A stretch of DNA of 61,607 bases, filler included, from Hausera hauseri (lineage: Eukaryota), in the NCBI GenBank assembly GCA_046269625.1. It is 12 parts of 12 records of this genome, joined end to end, with 100 filler letters (N's around TTAATTAATTAA, not from the genome) between each part and the next. Parts side by side here need not be neighbours in the genome. Positions count along the whole stretch, not along the records: positions 46,468 to 51,030 come from JBJURY010526346.1; positions 51,131 to 56,786 come from JBJURY010212300.1; positions 56,887 to 61,607 come from JBJURY010461800.1; 9 more parts are not named here. The stretch is one strand, 5' to 3'. This document shows, one piece after another, positions 50,134-61,607 of this stretch. The notes below the pieces were generated by a model. The model searched no databases. It was not told the origin of the DNA and saw nothing but the letters and a program-made list of their open reading frames with translations. The translations under genes were made by a program, and so were the position numbers. Numbering within the stretch: the first letter of the stretch is position 1; the number at the start of each line of letters is the position of its first letter.

Positions 50134-53100
50134 CGAAAGTTTGAAAGAAAACAAAACCAGAAAAATTATAAGAAAACGGCTACTGTTCAGTAAACATGAG
50201 TCAAGTTCAAAAAATGCTAGCGAGTATTGGAGAATTTAATCTTGACACACGAATCATTCTAGGCACGAAATTTATTGATTTTTCCGTACAAGTCTATGTA
50301 TTTGTAATTTAAATGGGCGTTCACACTAGCAGTATTCCTTTGGTCGACAATGATTTCATTGTGCAGTCGATATTCATTAACGTGCTGCTCTTGGTGAATA
50401 ATAACACCTTTACTACTGTCTACTGACTAATAAGGGAAATATGGTATTTTCTACTTTATTCAACAACAATAACCACAAAAATTTTGGCAAATGTTTAGTT
50501 CATTATTGTATCAATTAAAAAGGATTGATTTTTTGTGTAATGGCGCCAGCAATAGCAAAATAAGCAAAACCAAACTATTTTGTCTAAGTCAAATATCTGA
50601 AGGTCGTTAACAACTTGAAAAATGACAAAATCGACTAGTTATTTACATGCGGTGACGAGCTGTTTGATTTAAGTTACCATAGAAATTAATATTATTTAAG
50701 TAAAAACGATTTGGATTTTCGTTAGTCATTTTGTCCACTACCACATTTTATCTATATAGTTACAATTGACCAAATGTGTATGTGAACGTCATATTTATGG
50801 ACTACCAGCTAAAGTTCCACAGTTAGGCAGAAATATTGGAATTCTTCAACCGACGAAATATCAAATCAGTGACCACTGAAAATTGTTATGTCTGTTCAGA
50901 CCATAAAATAACAACAGGGGAGACTATTAGCTTTTGGTTTTGCTGCTCCAAGAAAGAACGTAAACAAAGCCACAGTGAAAAAGGTTCATTATTATACTTG
51001 TAAATATTATTTTCATCTTTTTTTAACAACNNNNNNNNNNNNNNNNNNNNNNNNNNNNNNNNNNNNNNNNNNNNTTAATTAATTAANNNNNNNNNNNNNN
51101 NNNNNNNNNNNNNNNNNNNNNNNNNNNNNNTTATTCTCAGTCATCACGGCCTCATACTGTCCACTCTTGCCGAATTCTTTTCTTCAGTACAGTCTTTCTT
51201 CATTATTCACGTTCACCCCCGTGTCCGTGGTGGCATGAATTCCTCCCCCACCATAGACATTAAGGACAAAGCCACCAAACCACCAATCTTTATCACTTAC
51301 CTACCCAAACAAAGTGCTTCAAACACTCCGACATATCACACACTCCCCACTCATTCACCCTGCACAGAATACTTCCTCGACAGCCAAAATTCTACCCAAA
51401 CTTGGTTAAAACTGCATCAGTTCTGGCTGCAATCACAAAACGTCGTCGACCCCTTATCCAAAGTCAATAACCTGTTTTTCCAATTACCTACTTCTATCAA
51501 AACCAAAATTACAAACATCATCAACATCCTTCACCACACCGACCCATATGCTCAACTTTATAATGCCGTTCTTAAGCTCACTCAGCCGTCTTTGTCTCAC
51601 CTCAATACCCTTGGCGTAACATGTGAGCATAGTCCAGAACTTCTTCGGCGTTACTTTTTAAACCCATTGTCTCTTCAAATAAGAGCTGTTCTAACTGTGG
51701 TCGAAGACTCCACGGCACTGGAAAGGTTAGCCAAACTGGCGGACAAAGCCTATGAAGTGCTGCACTCACACACAGCACCAACTGTCTCTGCGGCATTAAC
51801 TACAAACCAACAACAACAAAATGCAATGCTACAGCAACAAATTTCGCAATTAAGCACAGAAAACGAAATGTTTCAAAAAACAATTAATAATATAAATGAG
51901 AAATTAAATGAATTAACTCTGCCTCGACGAAGTTTTTCTAGGGCTGCTTCCCCTGATGTATTTAGTCAACGACAAAGACGGTCGCCTTTGCCTGCGCGGT
52001 CGTCTATCTGCTACTATCACAGCAAATTTTGCAGCAATGATCAGAAATGCTGCATCGGTTGTAAATTTTACACCCCTGATTTTAACACAAGTAACATCGT
52101 TTGCATCTCGCACGCAAAATTTAGAACAAAAGCACAAAAATGCCTACCTGGTTGCAACTACAACACACACAATAAAGCCAACACTATTAAACTCACACAA
52201 AATAGTAGGCCTAACTCACCAACTACAAAAAACTGATTTCGCCGTTAGGACATACGGCAAGTTCTAGCAAAGGCAACAATCTACGAAAAGCTGGCCGACA
52301 CATTTCTTTTGCTGTATTGACGTTGGAAGCCTCAGTCGTCACTCCAACAAAGAAAAACATTAATTTTCTCAGACACCGGTGCAGCAATCTCTTTACTACC
52401 ACCAACACAACACATCCAAAATAATTTTGATTCTAGCAAGCAGCTGTTCACTGCGTCGGTGAACCTTTACAAATTTTTGGTATTACTAAATTAACTTTTA
52501 CCCTATCAAATTTCCCAAACACATTCACCTGGAAATTCACAGTAGCCAATGTGCTCACACCTATATTGGGTTCAGACTTTCTGTCCCACTATAATTTACT
52601 TGTGGATTACAAACGATGTTCCTTAAAGAAGGGAAATAATATTAATCAAATTATCAGCATTTCGGTGACCGCGCGGGCGACCGCTGCCAGGAAGTAAATA
52701 CTGAAAAAAACGACTACCGATTTGAATTATTTTTATACTCACTCATTATTTAGAATTTTTTATTACGGTGACAAATACGATATTGCGTGGCACCCATTAC
52801 TGATAGTATATCTTCAAACACTATCTTCAACACAAACATCCTGCACCTAATACCACCTTGTCATACCACCTCGTCTACAACTCATACTTTAACTGCATCC
52901 AGTCACGATGCATAGATACCATCGGATAACTTTTCATCGTTGCCTTCTTATCTACAACAATACATTTCGTCCTCATGCACGCGTGTGCTGCAAAAGGACA
53001 AATCATTCTTACCACCTCAATCCACCTTCCATCACATAGTAACAGCACATCAAAGATCAATACGTCAAAAGGTCCGGCCACTGTCGCCTTGCCGCAGACA

Positions 53101-54103
53101 GGCAGTGGAGGCTGAGTTTCTCGAACTGGAAAAATCAGGAATAATCAGAAGATCCAAATCCCCTTAATCTTCACCACTACATGTGGTTTCAAAAAAGATG
53201 GTACCTTTCTCCCATTCAGTGATTACCGCCAACTCAACACTATAACAATAATGGATGCCTATCCTCTGCCACTAATCAACGACATCCTTCACAGGCTCCA
53301 TGGTTCCACCATTTTTTCTTGCATTGATTTGCACAAAGCCACCAAATTCCGGTGGCCCCAGCAGACATTCCAAAAACGGCTGTCATTACACCTTTCGGCC
53401 TTTTCGAATATCTTTTCATGCTCTTTGGACTCCGTAGCACTTCTAAGACATTACAAAGGCATATTGATGCAGTTCTCTCAGGTTTAGACTTTGTTTATCC
53501 CTATATAGATGATATCCTAATTGCATCATCTTCATCGAAACAACACTCCGAACACTTAAGTTTAATCTTCAAGCGCTTTCACCAAAACCATTTGCAAATT
53601 AATTTCTCCAAATGCTCCTTTTTTCAACATAAGGTCAACTTCCTAGGACATGTTCTTAGCCCCTCAGGACATTCACCTCAGCCAGAGCGCATCACAGTTC
53701 AAAAACATACAGCTACCAAGTATAAAAACAGATGCGTTCTTTCCTCGGATCCTTGCACTTTATTTTCCATACTGCTCCAGTCTAGCCGCTCCATTTGCGT
53801 CACTAAGCTCTGGCAAAAAAAAACAGCCTATTCAATGGACAGCCGAGCTAGTCAACGTTTTCGATCACCTCAAAGACAATCTAAAAACCGTGGAAATCCT
53901 GGCCTATCCCGACTCCCATGCAGAACTCTACTTAACCACGGATACATTTACAACAGCTGCAGGTGCTGTCCTCCATCAGTTTAAAAATGAATCCCATGAG
54001 CCATTAGAATTCTTCTCTCGAAAATTCACAGCACAAGAGCAAAAGTATTCCACCTTTGACAGACAGCTGCTTGCAATGGTCCTTGCCGTAAAACACTAAG
54101 CAT

Positions 54104-55213
54104 TTGCTAACCGCACGAACCTTCATAATACAAACGGGCCACAAGCCCTTGCTTCAGATTCTTACCATGAAATCAACTTCTCCACGTCTGCAGAGGCAAA
54201 TATCGTATTTGTCCACATTTAATTTTGAAATTAAGCACTTAAACGGAATCGACAATTTGATAGCTGACTTTCTGTTCCGATCGGTCAGCTGGATTGATTT
54301 TACAACAAATTTCTCTCAATCCAGACTTCAACAAAACCAGCCATTTCCTGACATCCTTAAATCTTTTAAATCGTGCAAAAGCATCAACGGTGTGGCCTTT
54401 GACACGTCCAAACCTAATAACCTTAAAGTTATCCTTTCAGAATCGCTTCAAAAAGAAGCATTCAACAACATCCATTCGTTGCATCATCCCGGTACCAAGG
54501 CCACCTTTCGACTCTTACAACGCCAAGTAGTATTGCCGTCAATGCGCTCTGACATACAGGCATGGGCTAGGCAATGTGTGGCATGCCAAAAATACAAAGG
54601 TACTAAGCATTTAAAGCCACCATTATATCATTTTCCCTGCACGTCTCGTTTTGAATCTGTTCACATTGACTTAGTAGGCCCACTACCCATGGACAACGGC
54701 CATCAGTTCATCCTCACTATAATGGACCGTGCCTCGCGATGGCCAGAGGCTGTCCCGCTTCGGAGCACCAACACAAAAACAATCGCAGACGTTTTCATCC
54801 GCAAATGGATCAGCAGGTTTGGATCAACTCGCCACATCATCTCAAACCCAGGCCCACAGTTTGAATCCAACCTGTTTAAAGCTCTTGTTAATCAATTGGG
54901 AATTAACCATATATACACGTCATCCTATCATCCTCAATCGAATGGCCTTCACGAACGCTTCCACCGAACGATGAAAACGTCTCTTAAAATCCTCGCTGAG
55001 TCCAATCGCAGTTGGACCACACTCCTTCCGTACGTTCTGCTTGGCTGGCGGAACACACCATCAACTTCTACAGGCTGTTCACCTGCAGAAGCATTACTTG
55101 GTACTTCTATCAGGCCTTTATTCGAGCTGATTGAGCTGGATAATATTCCTACAGACGAAACCATTCAAGCGGCCCAGAAACACTGTTGCGATCAGCAAAG
55201 ACTCATATTGTAG
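54104..55213 (+). pseudogene. RNase H end + integrase
   Basis: HHCC zinc motif and DDE core; the second Asp is replaced (ISNPGPQF). Confidence 0.9.
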
Positions 55214-56237
55214 ACTCTTACACGGCAATAAACCCTACATACCCGACGACTTATATACAGCTAAGTTCGTATTGCTAAAGAATCAGACGCGGTGTGGTTT
55301 TCAACCTCAGTATGTTGGCCTTTATAAAGTAATTCGTTTACATTCCCACAACGTCATCATCCTCAAGGACGACAAATTAGTGACAGCCCACATAAACAAC
55401 GCTAAGCCGGCCTTCTTCGTTGACGATACGTCCACCATCGAGACCATTTCTCCACCAACATCTTTACGCGACGCACAGAAATCAAAAACTCACCCCCTAT
55501 TTCTGTTCAATCATTTAATACACTTTCCCCTACGTTTTCTATCAATCCTACTTCTACTTTTCCTGACAGTTCATCCCCTTTTCCTCATCCGATTCAGCTC
55601 TTTCAAGCCTCTTACAGCCTCCTTCATCCACTGGTGACAACCTGCTTTCTTCAACTACCAGATTTTCTCCGCCAATCACAACTTCTACTTCACCAATCTC
55701 TCCATCTACGCCTTTCATCATTCCAACCTCTTGCATGTGACCTTCCAACTTCTCTGCTTCACCTTCTTCATCTTCTTACTCTCTTTCATCTTGCTACTCT
55801 TCAGCGTCCCCTCTCTCCCTCTTTCTCCTTCCACACCTTCGTCATCTCCGGCGCCGTCTTTCTTCCTTCTTCCTATCACACCATCTTCTATTCCTTTCAT
55901 TTCCACTTCGCAACTTCCGTCTCTCTCAAACTCTAGTCCTTCTTATCCTTCGTCTCATTCTCCTTTGACAACTTTTACTTCTTCACTTCGACCTTCAATC
56001 AACACAATACCAAAACCAACATCGGTTTTACACCAAATCCAACTGCAAACAAACAAACCACGTATACGAGCAAGTAAAACCGTATGATTCAACAAATATT
56101 GCAGAGTAAAATACCGACAAGGAACTGAACGACTTGAAACAGTCCACTTTTAAATATACTTCACCCTTTCGGGCTTCTGCATCTCCTTTTGTCCTGCTTT
56201 ACAGTTCTTCAACTCAGCCACGAGGGGTGGGGGTTGA

Positions 56238-56513
56238 TGTGGTGCCAACATGGGTTTCCCCTTGGCCGGACGAGATCGGGGATTTGTTGTTCCCTGGGCG
56301 GCGCGCAATTCCGGGACCAAACGATTCCCCTTTCCCCGAGTTTTGTTTCGCGGTCTTGGAGTGGTGAAAAGTGCTATATGAAGAAGAAGCAGGATCTCGG
56401 ATTTCTGAACAGCAGTAATTCCTCGGGCACAACTTGATCTGATCACGTGTAAAACCGACACGATTTATGTCTATTATTTTGCGTTTTGCACGAGAGAGTG
56501 GCAGGGCAACACA
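56238..56513 (+). repeat. Putative 3' LTR preceded by a polypurine tract
   Basis: G-rich GAGGGGTGGGGG at 56222-56233; LTR ends TGTGGTGCC...GGCAACACA form an 8/9 inverted match. Confidence 0.55.
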
Positions 56514-57049
56514 CGTGGCAGTAGGTGTGCATTCATTGTTGTACATGTGCATATATAGATGTACTATATTTTTTTAGTTTTAGTTCTTTTTTCTTTTTGG
56601 TTAGAACACTACTTTTGTTTTTCTGTGCCAAGTATGATAAAAAAAATTTGTGACGAAATTTTAATAAATATGCATCAGTTGACTCTATTATGGTATTTGA
56701 AAATTACAGTATAGAATGTCTAAAGCTAAATTATCGAAAGCTGATTCTTTTAAGAAATTGATGGATTCTGTTAAGGAATTAGTTTCNNNNNNNNNNNNNN
56801 NNNNNNNNNNNNNNNNNNNNNNNNNNNNNNTTAATTAATTAANNNNNNNNNNNNNNNNNNNNNNNNNNNNNNNNNNNNNNNNNNNNGATGAAACAAAATT
56901 CTGTCAAGAATGTCAAAAAACTGAAATTTGGCGATGGACAAAAATAGAAACTCGTTATCAAATCTGCGATTTGTAATAATTATGCAAATCTGTGTTTCGA
57001 TATTGCTTCTGACCAACTGGTTTCTGCTCGTCCACCTCAAGAGATTTTG

Positions 57050-60000
57050 TCTACTTTAGATCTGTACGCTTCTCGCTTCTCATTTTGTAAGGTACAGTAC
57101 GGTTTGGAAATTCTTTTTTAGAATGCTGAAGGTAACTTTAAGGAGGCCTATATTTCTCATAGAGCAGTCCCTTATGGGCAGACGTATTCCCAATCTGTTG
57201 CAGATAGTTTACGTGAGCAAACAAAGAGAATTTTGGTGAAATGGTCAGTGGATGAAAAATAGTTAATACTTTAAAATACTGCTTTCACATATTAAAAACT
57301 AGCCCATTGCCTTATTTGTCCGGAAAGTCGTATCTGCCAACACCTGATGCCTTAAATAATGCCATGGCCGTTATCAATGTACAGAATGATACCAGTTTGT
57401 GTTTCTTGTACTCAGTTCTGGCAGTGATCAAGTATTCTTCTATTGACAGTAATAGATTTTGAGTTAGTAATTACTCTCCTTACTTATGAGCTGAAATATT
57501 ATTTGGACGAAATGCATATGAAAATATGTAACATAGGTAAATTTGAGAGACAGAATACGCAGCTTTCCATTAATGTATTTCTGTTTCATCAGGAGAATGA
57601 TGTAGACTTTGATGAGGACATAGTAAAAAATCCATTTGTTGATATTTTGCATCGCAGCAAGAATCCGAGTGGTTCTGTAGTGAATTTCTTGCTTTTGGAA
57701 ATGATGATAGGTTTCACTACATTGCAGTTTCCAATCTTGAACGACTATTGAATATGGACTGTAAGAAAATCCGTATTCAGTGTAAATATTGGTGTGAAAA
57801 ATGTTTGAATGGCCTTAGGCTTGACGCTGCATATTTTAAGAATTTGCTAATGTGTCTTCCTCCAACTGTAATACGTTGTACAAAATGCCGGAAAATAAGT
57901 TTTACGAGTTTAAGGATTGGTCCAAGTCAATAAGTCCACCTTTTGTTGTATATGCTGATTTTGAGTCGGTTCTGTGCCCTGACTATAAGGTGATACATAT
58001 TCATTTGTCTGATGCTGCTGGCCTTTTGCTAGTTTCATCAACTGATATTAAATACAGCCAATTCATAGGTGAAAATTGTATAGTTGAATTTCTGTCTTCG
58101 TTGGAGAAAATTGTAAAAACGTCAGTTTTCCCATGGTATCAAAATGCTAAGAAGCCTATGATTCCATTAACCTCTGTTGAATGGTATCTGTTTAAAAAGG
58201 CCACAGCATGTTATCTTTGTCGTGAAAATGGTTCTCAGTTTGTTCGTAACCACTGTCATGTTATGGGTAAATTCTTAGGCCCAGCGTGTAATAAATGTAA
58301 TTTGGCCCGTCAGATTAGGTATAATTTACCTGTAGATTTTGACAATTTGCGTGGATATGATCTTCATCATATCTTAAAACACGCATTAAGTAAGTTCAGT
58401 AGTTGGGAATTAAGTGTTATTCCTCAAACAACAGAGGAATTCTTAACTATGCAGGCAAAGTTACACTGTTCAGCTAAAAGGTCTGTATACATTCGGTTTC
58501 TGGAATCCTTGCAGTTTTTACCAGCTTCACTAAAAACTTTAGCTTACAGCTTAGATAGCTATCGTTTTACTTAGTCCGCCTTTCCTTCTGACATCATTAA
58601 GGGAAAAGGCACCTTTCCATATACTGCAGATAAAACATTTAGTGACTTGCAGTCTATTAAGGAGTTACCACCAAAATGGGATGGCACTAGTGACAGCGAC
58701 TATGACGAAGCATAATTGGCTTGGTCGAGATACAGTGCAACTGTCTTTTAGATTATATGTTGGTATATATGAAGCTCGATGTGTATTTGTTAGGTGATGT
58801 CTTTGAATGGTTTAGAAAGGAGGTTAAATTTCAGGATAATTTAGAGACAGTTAATTTCCTTTCAATTCCTGGTTTATCATGGGCAACTGCTCTGAAAACT
58901 AGTCCATGTCGAATAGAACTTATTTAAGACCCTGATATGTACAATTTGTTTCAATCGTGTATTCGCGGTGGCATGATGATTGTGAATAAACATAGGGTTG
59001 TAACAGATGATAGCAGCAGTCTCTTGTATATAGATGAAAATAATTTGTACGGCTGGGCTTTATCTCAACCTCTGCCATTTGTGAATTTGACATGAATTTA
59101 TGATGAGGAAAAATTAAAGTCTTATCGAACAGTTGCCCTTTATTGACACTGTTAGGGAAAAGCGAGGCCTAGATTTTGAAGTTGATTTAAGCATTCCGGC
59201 TGACAAACATGATAAATTGGACCAACTGGCTTTAGCTCCAATTAATAAATATCCTCCTGATTCGAAAGTCAAAAAATTATTGCTGACATATGAGCGTAAG
59301 ACCAACTATGTTGTTCACTATCGGCTCTTACAGTTGTACATGGAGTTATGTATTGTAGTTGAAAAGGTACATCGGGCTGTTGAGTTTGACCATGGGTACG
59401 TCTTTAAGGATTATATCGATCTAAGGACTGCAGAGGGCTGCAGCAAATAATCCTTTTGAAAAAGGCTTTTTTAAGCTTATGAATAACAGCTTGTATGGCA
59501 AAACAGTTGAAAATTTGCTAAGTAGGTTAAACCTCAGATTGTGTAATAATGCTAAATAGCTAATTACGTGTTAGTAAGGCCTAATTTAAAGAGTGTATTA
59601 TTGTAGCCGATGATCTGGTTGCCGTTCTCCTCCATAAAAACATGGTCACCTTAGACAGGCCCTTATAGATCGGTCAGGCCGTACTTAATCTATACAAGTT
59701 ACGGATGTATGAGCTGAATTACATCGACTTGGAGACGTATGGGCACTAGCTTAACTGCGAACTTAATATTGTTTCTGGTGATACGGACAGCTTCTTCCTT
59801 GAACGCCGTGGTCTTGACTTAAAATCGCAACTCTTACCGGCAATGATAGCAAACGATCAGTTAGATACGTCAAACTATGACAAGAGTGATCCGCTGTATT
59901 CAACTCATTTCGCTTCTGTAATAGGAAAATTTAAAGACAAGAGTAAGGGCTGTGTTCAGTTTCAAGAGCACATGCCTCAAAACCCAAAGCAAACCAGTCC

Positions 60001-60227
60001 TCAAATGCAAGGGCATAAATGTCAAGCACACAGACTTGCACTTGGACGGCTACCTACAAGCTTATGAAACCGGTTGTGGGACCATGGTGGACCAGGAGCG
60101 AATTGGGACTAAAAACCAACAGTTAATGACAATAAACACAAACAAGAAGACATTGGACCCATTTGACGACAAGAGGAAATGGATAGAGAAAAACAGTTCA
60201 ATTGCTTATGGACATTACTTCATATAA
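57050..60227 (+). pseudogene. polB: Polinton protein-primed DNA polymerase B (copy B), fragmented
   Basis: AVINVQND..CFLYSVLA, VVYADFES, RNHCH.MG.FLG.ACNKCNL, DNLRGYD, DVYLLGDVFE, IRGG, YIDENNLYG, FKLMNNSLYGKTVEN, SGDTDSF, IGKFKD and FDDKR. Confidence 0.93.
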
Positions 60228-61607
60228 TTTTATATTAATGCTGTAATTGTGTTGTACATATTTTGGATTGAAAAGGTTGTTAATAAATATTTTAATCAGC
60301 CTCATTTGTTTTGATTTGATAGTTTAAATTTACTAATACGATATTTAGTAATTATAACATATTAATTTGATCTAATTAATTTTGATTTATGGTTATAAGA
60401 TTTTAGTAATTATATGAAATCATAAGAAAGAAAAAGTTTTAACACATGGGGTCGTTCCTTGTCCACCAAAATAAATTTGGCGGTCGTTCACCAAAAATTA
60501 GAGGGTCGTTCTTTGTTCTACCAAAATTTAGGTGACCAATTATCTTCCATGGGGTTAATGTCGTTGTCCCAGTCACAGATTCATCCAATGGAAACCAATT
60601 TGAGGAGTTGCCTTTGCTTTTTGTGGTTTTGTTTTAATGAAGAGGGGGTTGTGCCCATACGCTCACTTCCTACTATTCAGCGGACTCCGCATGATGCTGG
60701 ATGAGCGTTATGTCAGTAACTCAAAAGATTTATTGTAGAAACCTGATAAGGAATTGATTTTAAAAGAGATGCATCAGAATCAGAAGACAAAATTGAAATG
60801 AATTTTGAACGTGTTGATGATCAAGTTGTAGATGTTATATTCAGTTTTACCGATGCGGATGTGTTACGTGCTGTTCAAGATTTCAGTGAAATTTTTGCTC
60901 CGAACAAAACGAGAAATGGGATAGATCCTGTGGAAATTAGAACGTTTTTAATATGCTTCTGATTGCTGGAGCTTTTTATGCATAAAGCAAACAATACTCG
61001 AAGTGTGGATAACAGACAAATCATTCGTCGTGCGGTTTCTGTTACGCACATAGTACAAAACATGTTTCTGCTCATCCTTCAGCTATGAGCTTTGACGATA
61101 AACCACCGCGCATTCAACAAACGATAAATGATAAACTTGCAGCTATATGTGACTGTTAAAACTTCTGTCCAACTCAGGATTATTCGGTAAACAAGAAAGT
61201 AACCGCTATTCCATATTAAATGATAGTGTGAGTATCAACTTCTGCATTTCATTCATTCAGCAACATATAGACATAATATAATATATTATATAACATATTG
61301 TTCAATCCTCAGTAATTCCGCTTGGGCGACTTATTAATCACGTAAATTAGAATTAATGGAGCGAACACGTTTACCCCTTTTTACTTTAAGGGCGTAAAAA
61401 GGACGAGACAGATACAAGAACCTTACCTAACCGTATCCTCTATAGTGATGTGTAGGGGTCAGTGGCCGTGAAATCTGATTTTGACTTTACTTCCTAATGT
61501 ATTAATTGACATTCAGTTAGTTATTTAGACAGGCTGCCGTCAGGTAGGTTTGACCTGCTCGTCGAGGAATCCAAATTAATTTCGACAATTACTTATTAAT
61601 ACTTAAG

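Larger units (their letters stand above)
51235..56513 (+). mobile_element. CsRn1-like Ty3/Gypsy retrotransposon (gag-PR-RT-RH-IN, 3' LTR), frameshifted
   Basis: gag 51235-52236; DTGAAISLLP ~52373; RT with YIDDIL; RNase H LTTD/EFFSRK/YSTFDRQLLA; integrase HHPG..CVAC, HIDLVGPLP, HPQSNGLHERFHR. Confidence 0.93.

Noticed and set aside
60440-60530. Three short GGTCGTTC...CCAAAA repeats downstream of polB
   Set aside because: Too short and degenerate to assign a function

Overview
This is not one locus. It is 12 short eukaryotic (animal) contigs joined by artificial N-TTAATTAATTAA-N linkers: 1-3995, 4096-8776, 8877-13307, 13408-20915, 21016-25456, 25557-31449, 31550-36803, 36904-40984, 41085-46367, 46468-51030, 51131-56786 and 56887-61607. 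The contigs probably come from more than one species: 1-2 look teleost-like and the rest look invertebrate. Contents: (a) a sushi-like Ty3/Gypsy gag-pol with a visible -1 frameshift pseudoknot, interrupted by an L1/Tx1-type LINE; (b) decayed Polinton/Maverick (adintovirus-like) genes, namely penton, integrase, packaging ATPase and two pPolB copies; (c) a histone H3-H4-5S rRNA-H2B/H2A repeat; (d) TDRD9/spindle-E fragments; (e) two CsRn1-like Gypsy copies; (f) an in-frame chimera of an axonemal dynein linker/AAA1 fragment with tandem phosphagen-kinase-like domains. The strongest candidate for a new system is an LTR-retroelement family seen in two diverged copies. Its order is gag, then a ~1200-aa leader containing a ubiquitin-like domain, then a chuvirus/gB-type glycoprotein with TM, then a PTAP/LYPx3L linker, then an aspartic protease. 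That places env between gag and pol and apparently in frame with the protease. All family assignments come from motif recognition by eye; no searches were run.
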